Assembly: GCA_965202815.1 (NCBI GenBank)
Contig: CBDBCD010000002.1
Span: 1,798,638 to 1,830,637 of the forward strand
Direction: 5' to 3'
Length of the DNA stretch: 32,000 bases
Source: Dehalococcoidia bacterium
Lineage (GTDB): Bacteria; Chloroflexota; Dehalococcoidia; Lucifugimonadales; UBA1123
Under the pieces are notes generated by a model that was given only the letters and a program-made list of their open reading frames with translations, was not told where the DNA came from and made no database searches. Shown here piece after piece: positions 7,900-16,483 of this stretch; the stretch's first letter is position 1, and each line of letters starts with the position of its first letter. A program made the position numbers and the translations under genes.

Positions 7900-9966
7900 C
7901 TATCGGGGCAGAAATTCTAACGTGTACTTCGCCTCGTGCCTGGTGTCCGGCGTCGTCGGAGAGACCACGATGACGACTTCGCTACCCGGCGCGTCCAGCC
8001 CGCTCAGCGTGGTTTCGCCGAAATTGTCGCCATCGAGGTCCAGCCGCGACACTTCGTATTCGCCATCCGGGCCTATCGCTATTATCTGAACAACGAACCT
8101 TTGCGGCAGGCTCGCCCGCGCCAGGGTAAAGCCCTCAGACATCCACTGGCTTCTGTCCACATCGTCATCCAATTGCGGAACGGATACGTCCGCGACCATG
8201 AAACCGTCGCGGTAAACGGCGTCGTCGGTCACATACTCGAACCTGACAAGCGCCGCACCTCCGGCGAAAGGCGTGAGGTCTATGGACTCCTGCTTCCACT
8301 CCCGGCTGCGTCCTGTGTATCCCGGGCCGTATGCGTTGCCGCTCACGTCGTCGTCCGACGTGTGCTGACCTTCGAGGATATGCCATGTGCGACCGCCGTC
8401 GTCCGACGCCTCCACGTAGCCATAGTCCCAACCATCCTCTATATCGTGCCAGATCATGTACTCCAGCGTGGCGGTGTCCAGTCCGGTCAGGTCGAACTCG
8501 CGGGTCAGCTTCGTGTTGATAGAATCCCCGCGGCCGCTCCACCAGCACCCGCTATCGCTGATGCACTCGACCTCTATCTGGCGCGCCTCGGTATTTCCCC
8601 TGAATCTGAGAGTTCCCTCAGCCGCGTTGCTTCTTAGAGTGTAATACCGCGACGAGAACTGCGGTAGCGCTCTCTCGCGTCCCCTGCCGTCTCCCAGCGG
8701 CCTCGCCCTGCGAATTCTTGCGTCGCTGTCCAGGTAGCCGTATATATCATCGTCGGCGTCCAGGTAGTTGGCTACTACCCAGTCGGCGAATACATCCTCG
8801 AACAGCAGACCGCGCTCCCGCAGGAAAGCGTCCACACCGGCGATGCCGTCCAACTGCTGGGTCATCAGACTCATCAGATTCTCGGTTCCCCCGATTCTCT
8901 GCACCAGGTATCTGAAGAACAGCGCGGACGCTCCATAGTGCGCGATTCGTCTCTGAGACTCCTCCGGCCAGTAGTTCAACTGGGTATCTGGACGTGGGAG
9001 AAAGACGTCGGGCGATGCGGCCTCGTAGCCCGACACCTCTGTCGCTAGTTCCGAAAGGCCCTCGTTGACCCACGAATCTTCTCCTGTGTCATGATTGAAG
9101 TGAATGGCGTGCTGAAATTCGTGGGCCAGGACGGACATATAGAAGTCTGAGCCTGGTTCCAGGAATTCGGCGTCAATGTAGATGATCTCCCCCTTGTTGC
9201 TGTGAGAATGCACCTCGGCCGGATATGCGTCTTTCGCGCCGAAATAGCCCGCCGCCCCGTCCAGCTTGGAATGCAGGACTATGAGGCGCGGATCGCCGTC
9301 TATGCCGGGACTCCGAATGTCCCCGAAAGCAGCTACTACCGCCGGACGAACCCGCTGCTCGAACAGCCGCGCCCCTTCCTCCAGGCCGGCCTGATTGACG
9401 GTTACAGCGTCATCGCTGAACCAGTAGGCATTGTCGCTCACCACCCTGAGCGTCGCGCTGATTTTCGTGGCCGCGCCATCATCCAGCGCAGTTAGCCAGA
9501 AGTCGCGCCGGTCCCCGACGGACATCGGCTCGGCGGGTTCGGACGCTCCGTCGCCAATCGCAGCGCCCCTGAGACGAGCCGCGAGTTCGCTGAGGTCCCT
9601 GTCGGGAATCTGTAGATGGACGAGCCCATCCTGGAACTGCGGCGCTGGCAATGTCCTGTTCGTCTCACGGGAACTCGGCCCTGCGATTGCCGTGGGTATG
9701 GGGATGGATGCCGGAGTGACACTCTTTGTTTCGGCCTGTCCTGTCGGTCGAGATGTGGGCGAGATCGCAGGAGTCGTCGGAGAGGGCGTTGGCGCAAGGA
9801 TCTGCGAGGAAGGCACAGCGGTAGGAGTCGGAGCGCCGGAAGGCTCTTCCCCGCAGGCCACGACCAATACGCCTAAAGCGGCCAATGCCAGCGCCGCCAG
9901 CAGTCTCAAAGGCCAGATTCGTTCGTATGCTATCATCAAGCAGTCGCTCTTCGTCATCGTTCTCAT
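7900..9966 (-). CDS. lipoprotein zinc metalloprotease (HExxH...NEG gluzincin) with InhA/M6-like beta domain
   Basis: Signal peptide with lipobox LVVAC, then a Pro/Thr/Ser-rich linker. Zinc site VLAHEFQHAIHF...WVNEGLSE. C-terminal WWSGRGDS...WDYGYVEASDDGGRTW...ALVRFEYVTDD resembles the InhA-type domain. Confidence 0.8.
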   Translation of the reverse strand: MRTMTKSDCLMIAYERIWPLRLLAALALAALGVLVVACGEEPSGAPTPTAVPSSQILAPTPSPTTPAISPTSRPTGQAETKSVTPASIPIPTAIAGPSSRETNRTLPAPQFQDGLVHLQIPDRDLSELAARLRGAAIGDGASEPAEPMSVGDRRDFWLTALDDGAATKISATLRVVSDNAYWFSDDAVTVNQAGLEEGARLFEQRVRPAVVAAFGDIRSPGIDGDPRLIVLHSKLDGAAGYFGAKDAYPAEVHSHSNKGEIIYIDAEFLEPGSDFYMSVLAHEFQHAIHFNHDTGEDSWVNEGLSELATEVSGYEAASPDVFLPRPDTQLNYWPEESQRRIAHYGASALFFRYLVQRIGGTENLMSLMTQQLDGIAGVDAFLRERGLLFEDVFADWVVANYLDADDDIYGYLDSDARIRRARPLGDGRGRERALPQFSSRYYTLRSNAAEGTLRFRGNTEARQIEVECISDSGCWWSGRGDSINTKLTREFDLTGLDTATLEYMIWHDIEDGWDYGYVEASDDGGRTWHILEGQHTSDDDVSGNAYGPGYTGRSREWKQESIDLTPFAGGAALVRFEYVTDDAVYRDGFMVADVSVPQLDDDVDRSQWMSEGFTLARASLPQRFVVQIIAIGPDGEYEVSRLDLDGDNFGETTLSGLDAPGSEVVIVVSPTTPDTRHEAKYTLEFLPR

Positions 9967-10007
9967 GTCACATAAAGATACGACCGCCTATCCTTCTGCC
10001 GATCTGA

Positions 10008-10874
10008 TTACGCGGACGGTATCGGAGTTCCGGGCGTCTTCATGACCATGCTGTATATGGATGTGTTCGCGGTGAAGTACATAGTGCGATTCTCCGGGCC
10101 TCCCCATCCGCAGTTGGCGGGGTACTCAGGCAGCCGAATGATGCCCAACAGTTCGCCGGACGGGTCGAATACCCAGCATCCGTCCGGGCCGGTGCAGTAC
10201 ACGCGGCCCTCGATGTCCACCTTCATGCCGTCCGGCACGCCGTTGTTTGCCGACTCGGACGGCATATCCGCGAAGTGCCTGACGCCGGACACGTCTCCAT
10301 CCGAATTCAGGTCGTAGGCCAGGATGTACTGGCCTGGCCGGGTATTGGCAACGTAGAGAACGCTTTCGTCCGGGGAGAACGCTATCCCGTTCGGGTACTC
10401 GATCCCGGGCGCGACCATATCCACGGAGCCGTCCGACCGGATGCGATGGACGCTGTTGAACTGCATATCCACGTCCGCCGGATCGAGCCGCTCCCTGCCC
10501 GGATTGGTGAAATACAGGCTGCCGTCGGACTTGCCCACCACATCGTTTGGGCGGTTGATGCGCTGCCCGTTCCAGCTATCGGCGAGAACGCTGTACGACC
10601 CGTCGGCCTCCAGGCGGGTCACCTGCCGGTTTATCATCTCGCAGACCACCTGCCTGCCCTGGATGTCGAACGTCATGCCGTTGGACTCGCCGCTGTTCTC
10701 TCGCGCGAGTTCCGGCTCTCCGCCGGGGACCAGCCTGAATATCTGGCTGCGCCGGATGTCCACGAACAGCAGGTAGCCGTCCGGGTGCCACAACGGGCCT
10801 TCGGTGAACACGAAGCCCGTAGCCAACTGCTCGGCTTCCGCCGATTCTACGATTTCGCTAAGCCTGTCAGTCAT
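10008..10874 (-). CDS. SMP-30/gluconolactonase/LRE-family protein
   Basis: TEGPLWHPDGYLLFVDI, RPNDVVGKSDGSLYFTNP, PNGIAFSPDESVLYVANT and PDGMKVDIEGRVY are beta-propeller blade motifs. RBS aggagaagg precedes the ATG. Confidence 0.9.
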   Translation of the reverse strand: MTDRLSEIVESAEAEQLATGFVFTEGPLWHPDGYLLFVDIRRSQIFRLVPGGEPELARENSGESNGMTFDIQGRQVVCEMINRQVTRLEADGSYSVLADSWNGQRINRPNDVVGKSDGSLYFTNPGRERLDPADVDMQFNSVHRIRSDGSVDMVAPGIEYPNGIAFSPDESVLYVANTRPGQYILAYDLNSDGDVSGVRHFADMPSESANNGVPDGMKVDIEGRVYCTGPDGCWVFDPSGELLGIIRLPEYPANCGWGGPENRTMYFTANTSIYSMVMKTPGTPIPSA

Positions 10875-10899
10875 TTGTCCTTCTCCTGATGTTGGGTTG

Positions 10900-11322
10900 T
10901 CATGGCATCGTCTCGACGCCCGATTCCGACGCGGCCTGCGCGAGTCTGCGGTCCAGGGTGGCGAGCGGCAACTCTTGACGCAGCGCCAATTCGAGATACA
11001 TTGCGTCGTACATGGAAAGGTCGCAGAGCCTTGCCAGACGGAAAGCGGCGTTGAGATCAGCCTCTGTGTCGGTTTGCAACGGAAGCCCGCTCAAGTACAA
11101 CAATCCTCGTATGCTCTCTCTTAGCGCTATCCTCCCTCTACGCTCACCCACTATCAGCGCGTTGCGCACTTCAAGATGCCAGTGTCGGGTAACCCATCCA
11201 CCGCTATTGAGAACCTCGACCAACGCCGCGTCCGCGCGAGGGTGCGACTCATCCTCGAATATCCACGTATTTGCTACGGAAGCATCTATGACCAACGTAC
11301 TCACTCTCGCGCATACCGCCAT
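10900..11322 (-). CDS. vapC: PIN-domain ribonuclease toxin VapC
   Basis: LVIDASV...(D)...YDAMYLELA...LATLD acidic PIN pattern. The alternative GTG start at 11304 overlaps the antitoxin stop as GTGA. Confidence 0.85.
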   Translation of the reverse strand: MAVCARVSTLVIDASVANTWIFEDESHPRADAALVEVLNSGGWVTRHWHLEVRNALIVGERRGRIALRESIRGLLYLSGLPLQTDTEADLNAAFRLARLCDLSMYDAMYLELALRQELPLATLDRRLAQAASESGVETMP

Positions 11323-11594
11323 TCCATCGCTTCCTCCCAAGTGACTCCGGTTGGCTTGCGAGTTCGCTTCCACTCCAGAAACTTCTCCACGGCCTGTCTT
11401 CGCAATTCAGGATCTTCCATCCAGAGGTCGTCCTCAACAGGAATGATAGCCGCGAACTTCTTTCCGTCGCGGATTATGGCGATGGATTCGCCCCGTTCAA
11501 CATCGTCGAGCAGCTCAGTAAACCTTTCCTTTACTTCCTCTTCCTGAATCTTTCTCTCAATCCACATCTTCATAGGCTGCATACGCGCCTCCAT
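11301..11594 (-). CDS. type II antitoxin, Phd/YefM-like
   Basis: VKERFTELLDDVERGESIAIIRDGKKFAAIIPVED matches the Phd/YefM N-terminal fold pattern. Lies directly upstream of the PIN gene and overlaps it. Exact start is uncertain (several Met codons). Confidence 0.75.
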   Translation of the reverse strand: MEARMQPMKMWIERKIQEEEVKERFTELLDDVERGESIAIIRDGKKFAAIIPVEDDLWMEDPELRRQAVEKFLEWKRTRKPTGVTWEEAMEWRYARE

Positions 11595-11635
11595 ATCGTT
11601 ATTCTAGCTGCCGTCATTCTAGCAGGCCGCGCCGC

Positions 11636-13381
11636 CTAATCCTCCCTGAATATCTCGTCCCCGCGCTGCAATCTCACCGCTATGCCGTATGTCTGGTTCA
11701 CCGCCCTGGGCGTGGGATAGTGCGCCGCCAGGAACCTGGCCAGTCCGATCAGCACATGCCGCGCCGAGTCTGTTCCCCTGCGGTCTTCGTACTGCTTCAG
11801 CGCCGCCTCGACTATCTGGAAGTGGTGGAAGGTCGAGTCCTCCCGCAGCATGGCGTGGGCAAGCACGGGCAGAACGCCGTCCGGGTCGGGCGATCCCGAT
11901 ACGTAGTCGCTGACCAACGCCGCGGACTGTTCCACCTGCTGCTGGGAGTCCATCACACTCAGTATGCTCTTGCCCAGGTCCTCCTCCCGCCGCGCGCCGT
12001 TGGGTTCGGGGAGACGCTGAGCGGGCATATTGAGAAATCGGTCCAGGTATATGCTCATGGCTACGTCGAACACCGCGCGAGCGAGTTCGACAGACGGCGC
12101 GCGCTTCAGCGCCTGGTGCAGCGCGTTGGCCGCCGTGAGCGTGTTATGCACCGTGTCCCAGTCTCCGAACTCGTTGGAGGTGTGGAATCGCGCCATTCTC
12201 AGGAAGGCGGCGTATGCGACCGCTCCGCCCAACTGTTCGGCTGTCGCTCCTTCTCTCACCGCGTCCTTGAGCGCTTCGATAGTGGCTGCCGGATCGTCTT
12301 CCAGAATGACGCCTACAAGCCCGTCCTCGTCATCCCATTCGCCCCGCGACCTCGCTCCCTCTTCCCACAGACCGGGCAGCGCGTCCCGTGCGGCCCATAC
12401 CAGCGAAGACAGGTCTATCGGGTTGCGCCAGGAGTTGAGTTCCTCGCTGCGTCTTGCGGACGCCATGCCGTGCACCAGGCTGGTAAGTACCTGCCCCGCG
12501 TGTTCCCAGCCTATATGGTCCAGAATCTCGAACGCCTTGTTGCAGAAGTCCAGGACATGGCCCGCGTCCAGGTATAACCTGTCGGTGGCCGCCGCGAACA
12601 CCATATCCGCGATCTCACGCCGGGATATGCCTAGTTCTATCGCCGTCCGCAGCGAGCGTTCCGCGCCCTCGTCGTCCCGCACCTCTATGAAACTTCGGAA
12701 CCAGTCCTTGAATACCTCCGGCCTGGTCTCGCCAGTTGGCAGAGGGTCCACCAGGAATCTGGGCGGCCTGCCGGCGCACTCCGAGGCGACCTGCCTCAGT
12801 CCTTGGTAGAGGGCGCGCGGCCTGTCCTCATCGTTCAGGCGCTCCTGGATGTTCGCCGTGCATGTCAGCATAGTCATCGCCTGCCCCCAGCCCTGCGCCG
12901 AGTAGGTCGTGCCGAACTGCGCGCCTATGGTCAGCGGAACTCGGTAGTCGGCGTCGGACGAATTCAGCCCGAGCGCCGACTTCGCTATCACCAGGCGTAT
13001 GTTGTGTTCCAGTCCGTCTTCCAGGCGATGCGACCATCGCTCAATCGGGTCCGGCTCCGGCGGACTGGGATCAACCCATACGGCCCCATCCTCGATTGAG
13101 ACAGGGAACGACCTTACGTCGTCCGCGAAGGGGTCGAACGTCCCGCCGCTCGAAAGGTCGAAGCGGGCGTGGTGCCAGTGGCAGGTGAGGATGCCGTTCT
13201 TGACCGTGCCTCTGTCCAGCGGGAAGCCCATGTGCGGACACCTGTTGTCCACGGCGGCGAACTCGTCGCCGCGCTTGAACACCGCTATCGTATGACCGCC
13301 GCCGGTGACGACGGTACAGCCGCGTTCCTTCACATCTTCCACGCTGCCGACTCTGAGCAGGTTCTTCGTCGTTGCGGTCAT
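11636..13381 (-). CDS. Rieske [2Fe-2S] domain protein fused to a ~470-aa uncharacterised helical domain
   Basis: CPHMGFPL...CHWHHARFDL is a CxH...CxxH Rieske site. ATG 13381 is preceded by aaaggag. The rest of the protein has no motif I recognise. Confidence 0.8.
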   Translation of the reverse strand: MTATTKNLLRVGSVEDVKERGCTVVTGGGHTIAVFKRGDEFAAVDNRCPHMGFPLDRGTVKNGILTCHWHHARFDLSSGGTFDPFADDVRSFPVSIEDGAVWVDPSPPEPDPIERWSHRLEDGLEHNIRLVIAKSALGLNSSDADYRVPLTIGAQFGTTYSAQGWGQAMTMLTCTANIQERLNDEDRPRALYQGLRQVASECAGRPPRFLVDPLPTGETRPEVFKDWFRSFIEVRDDEGAERSLRTAIELGISRREIADMVFAAATDRLYLDAGHVLDFCNKAFEILDHIGWEHAGQVLTSLVHGMASARRSEELNSWRNPIDLSSLVWAARDALPGLWEEGARSRGEWDDEDGLVGVILEDDPAATIEALKDAVREGATAEQLGGAVAYAAFLRMARFHTSNEFGDWDTVHNTLTAANALHQALKRAPSVELARAVFDVAMSIYLDRFLNMPAQRLPEPNGARREEDLGKSILSVMDSQQQVEQSAALVSDYVSGSPDPDGVLPVLAHAMLREDSTFHHFQIVEAALKQYEDRRGTDSARHVLIGLARFLAAHYPTPRAVNQTYGIAVRLQRGDEIFRED

Positions 13382-13857
13382 GGCGATCTCCTTTCGGGCG
13401 GGCGAATCGTGGGGTTTCATAATGCATGGTTTATAGTTGCGCTGGGCTCGGGCTGGGTGAGCCACTGGGGTTTAACAGGTGGGCGACAGGCGACCGCTGT
13501 GACCAGCGTTCGCCTGCGTTTTGCCTGCGTTAGCTATGAGGCCCTTTTTTTCCCGCCATCCTGTTTTTCGTCAGAATAGCCTGCCGTTTATGAATTTTGG
13601 GTTGTTAGCGGTTAGCCTTTGGTCATTAGTTGTCGGTTATTGGCGGCTGATTAGTTTGTATGTTCGCATACTAGCATGGATTTGGAGAGTTGTATAGTCG
13701 GGATGGACGGATTGGGCAGATAAGGGTTGCATTTGCCCTTTTCTTGGGAATGGCGTCCTTTCTATACTATAGGAGTCGGCTGGACGCCGATGGCTGTTAT
13801 ATTGGGCGCGCTTTCTCGCGCGCCGGGGTTCAGAATCCAGTGGATCAGGAGAGACGA

Positions 13858-15090
13858 ATGAAGAGATTACAGGTTTTTGTATTGGGGATGGCGCTTCTGG
13901 CAGTCGTGGCCGCGCTCGTGGCGTGTTCACAGGAAATGTCCGACGCCGAGATACAGGCCGCCGCCCAGGAAATGGGCATGATGACCAAGGCCGAGGCGGA
14001 CGCAATGGCCCAGGGAGCTATGATGACTGAAGATCAGGTCATGGCCGCGGCAAAAGAAATGGGCATGATGACCAAGGACGAAGCCGACGCGATGGCCGGC
14101 GACAGCATGATGGTCAGCAACCGGCTTCAGCAGGTCAAGGACAGGGGCAAGGTCATTTGCGCCAGCCGAAACGACGTCCCCGGCTATGGCTACCTCGACG
14201 CCTCCGGCAACAACGTCGGGTTCGACATTGACCTGTGCCGCGCGCTTGCGACCGCGGTGCTGGGCGACCCTAACGCCATCGAGATCCGTCTGATTTCAGC
14301 GGCGGAGCGCGGGCCGACGATCCAGTCCGGCGAAGTTGACATGCTCGTTCGCACGGTCACCTGGACCACCTCCCGCGATTCTCAGTGGGGCAACTACGCC
14401 CAGACGATGTTCTACGACGGACAGGGCTTTATGGTCAACAAGGACCTCGGCATATCCAGCGCGCTCGAGCTCGGAGGAGCCAGCGTCTGCGTGACCCAGG
14501 GCACCACCACCGAGCTCAACCTGGCCGACTTCTCCAGACAGAATGGCCTGAACATAGAAGCCGTAACGTTCGAAGACACCGACGCCGTTAAAGCGGCCTA
14601 CGAAAGCGGACAGTGCGACGCCTTCACCAACGACCGCTCGCAGCTGGCTGCGATAGGGTCCGGCATGGACGACCCCAACGCGCACGTCATTCTGCCCGAG
14701 ACCATCTCCGAAGAGCCTCTTGGTCCCGTCGTCCCCCACGGTGACGACCAGTGGTTCGACGTCGTCAAGACGGTCATGGGCATCCTCATCTATGCCGAGG
14801 CCTATGGCGTAGGACAGATGGATGTTCCGAGCTCGGTTACCGGCGACGCCAAGGTTGACCGCCTGTTCGGACTGGAAGGCTCATTCGGACAGGAGAGCCT
14901 GGGACTGGGCGATACCGTCGCGCAGGACGTGATCAAGGCCGTCGGCAACTACGGCGATATCTACGACCGCAACCTAGGCCCTGACGGAATCAATCTTCCC
15001 CGAGAGAACGGGCGCAACGCGCTGTGGGCGGACGCCCCCTGCATGGACTGCCCGAAGGGCGGACAGATCTACGCCGCGCCTCTGAGGTAG
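13858..15090 (+). CDS. aapJ: amino-acid ABC transporter substrate-binding lipoprotein (AapJ/BztA-like)
   Basis: ATG 13858 follows caggagaga. Signal peptide with lipobox LVAC. Met-rich repeat linker, then a family-3 SBP body (KVICASRNDVPGYGYLD...GFDIDLCRALA...). Confidence 0.85.
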   Translation: MKRLQVFVLGMALLAVVAALVACSQEMSDAEIQAAAQEMGMMTKAEADAMAQGAMMTEDQVMAAAKEMGMMTKDEADAMAGDSMMVSNRLQQVKDRGKVICASRNDVPGYGYLDASGNNVGFDIDLCRALATAVLGDPNAIEIRLISAAERGPTIQSGEVDMLVRTVTWTTSRDSQWGNYAQTMFYDGQGFMVNKDLGISSALELGGASVCVTQGTTTELNLADFSRQNGLNIEAVTFEDTDAVKAAYESGQCDAFTNDRSQLAAIGSGMDDPNAHVILPETISEEPLGPVVPHGDDQWFDVVKTVMGILIYAEAYGVGQMDVPSSVTGDAKVDRLFGLEGSFGQESLGLGDTVAQDVIKAVGNYGDIYDRNLGPDGINLPRENGRNALWADAPCMDCPKGGQIYAAPLR

Positions 15091-15138
15091 AGAACCCGGT
15101 AGTCACGTCTGACGATGTGAAACAACCGAGATAGCAAG

Positions 15139-15174
15139 AGCGGCTGGCGAATTTTCGCCAGCCGCTTCTTTTCG
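15139..15174 (+). terminator. rho-independent terminator/attenuator between the SBP and permease genes
   Basis: Perfect 12-bp stem agcggctggcga/tcgccagccgct, loop attt, followed by tcttttcg. Confidence 0.65.
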
Positions 15175-15283
15175 TCGGACGCCATGCCAATTTTACGGCT
15201 CGCGCTGTCGGACAGCGGCAAAGTTCGCGTCGTTGTGGTAGCATCTGCGACGCAGACCATACTTAGAGAGTATCTTCAACCCG

Positions 15284-16480
15284 ATGACGAACATTCTGAC
15301 CTATCAGGGCATCCCTATTTGGAGGCATGCGCGCGCTATTCAGTGGGCCGCGCAGATTGTGTCCGGCATACTGGTCGTGTTCTTAGTGGCCTGGTTTTTC
15401 TTCAACATTTACAGCGCGATACACGACCGTAACATCCCGTTCGGTTTCAGTTTTCTGGAAAGGTCATATCAGACCCCCATAGGCCAGCACTTCCTTCCCT
15501 TCGAACCGTCCAAATCATTCCGGTACGCTCTGGGAGTAGCGGTCACCAATACCATAGTAGTCTCTATCGTAGGCGTCATTCTCGCTACGATACTTGGGAT
15601 CATCATCGGAGTGGCGCGGCTGTCGGGCAATTGGCTTGTGGCGAAGATTGCGACGGTCTATATCGAGTTCTTCCGAAACGTCCCGCTGCTGGTGCAGCTC
15701 TTCTTCTGGTTCTACATCATTCTCGCGCTGCCCCGCGTGCGAGACGGCTATGTCCTGCTCGACGCCTTCTACATCAACAACGCGGGTATATCCATGCCCT
15801 GGCCCACCCCTCCCAATCTCGGCGCCGGTCTCATATGGTTGGCCGTGGCGGTAGTTGCGATAATCCTCGGAGTCATCGTCTATCGAATAATGGCTAAGAG
15901 AGAACTCCTCACGGGACAGGCATCCTATCCGGTAGTCTATGGATGCGGCGTGGCTGTCGCAGTGGGCGCGGCTGCATGGATAATCGTCATGATCGCAAAC
16001 GGCCAGGCTCCCTTCACCATATCCGTTCCAGCTCCGGAGGGACGATTCGGCAGGATAGGCGGCGGTTTCACGGCGTCGGCGGGTCTGCTGGTGCTGCTGG
16101 TCGGACTGGTGATATACACCTCTTCGTTCATAGCGGAGCTTGTCCGCGCAGGGATACAGTCGGTCGGACGTGGACAGACTGAGGCTGCGCGCTCTCTTGG
16201 GCTTTCCCAGATGGAAACTCTCCGGCAGGTAACCTTTCCGCAGGCCCTGCGCGTTATCATTCCCCCGCTCATCAGCCAGTATCTCAACCTCACCAAGAAC
16301 AGCAGCCTCGCCGGAGCGATAGGCTACGCCGACCTCACCAACGTCGCCAAGACGATGACCCAGACCGCCCCGGCGGTGTCCATCTTCATACTCATCATGC
16401 TGGCCTACCTCGCGATGAGCCTGACTTACTCGCTTATCGGCAATCTGTACAATAGACACATCAGGTTCGTCGGAGCATAG
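15284..16480 (+). CDS. aapQ: amino-acid ABC transporter permease (AapQ/BztB-like)
   Basis: Polytopic membrane protein with the EAA-type loop AELVRAGIQSVGRGQTEAARSLGLS. Confidence 0.9.
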   Translation: MTNILTYQGIPIWRHARAIQWAAQIVSGILVVFLVAWFFFNIYSAIHDRNIPFGFSFLERSYQTPIGQHFLPFEPSKSFRYALGVAVTNTIVVSIVGVILATILGIIIGVARLSGNWLVAKIATVYIEFFRNVPLLVQLFFWFYIILALPRVRDGYVLLDAFYINNAGISMPWPTPPNLGAGLIWLAVAVVAIILGVIVYRIMAKRELLTGQASYPVVYGCGVAVAVGAAAWIIVMIANGQAPFTISVPAPEGRFGRIGGGFTASAGLLVLLVGLVIYTSSFIAELVRAGIQSVGRGQTEAARSLGLSQMETLRQVTFPQALRVIIPPLISQYLNLTKNSSLAGAIGYADLTNVAKTMTQTAPAVSIFILIMLAYLAMSLTYSLIGNLYNRHIRFVGA

Positions 16481-16483
16481 ACC

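Noticed and set aside
11720-12809. Plus-strand ORFs 11720-12577 and 12030-12809 inside the Rieske gene
   Set aside because: These are shadow frames of the minus-strand gene. They have no motifs and a biased composition.
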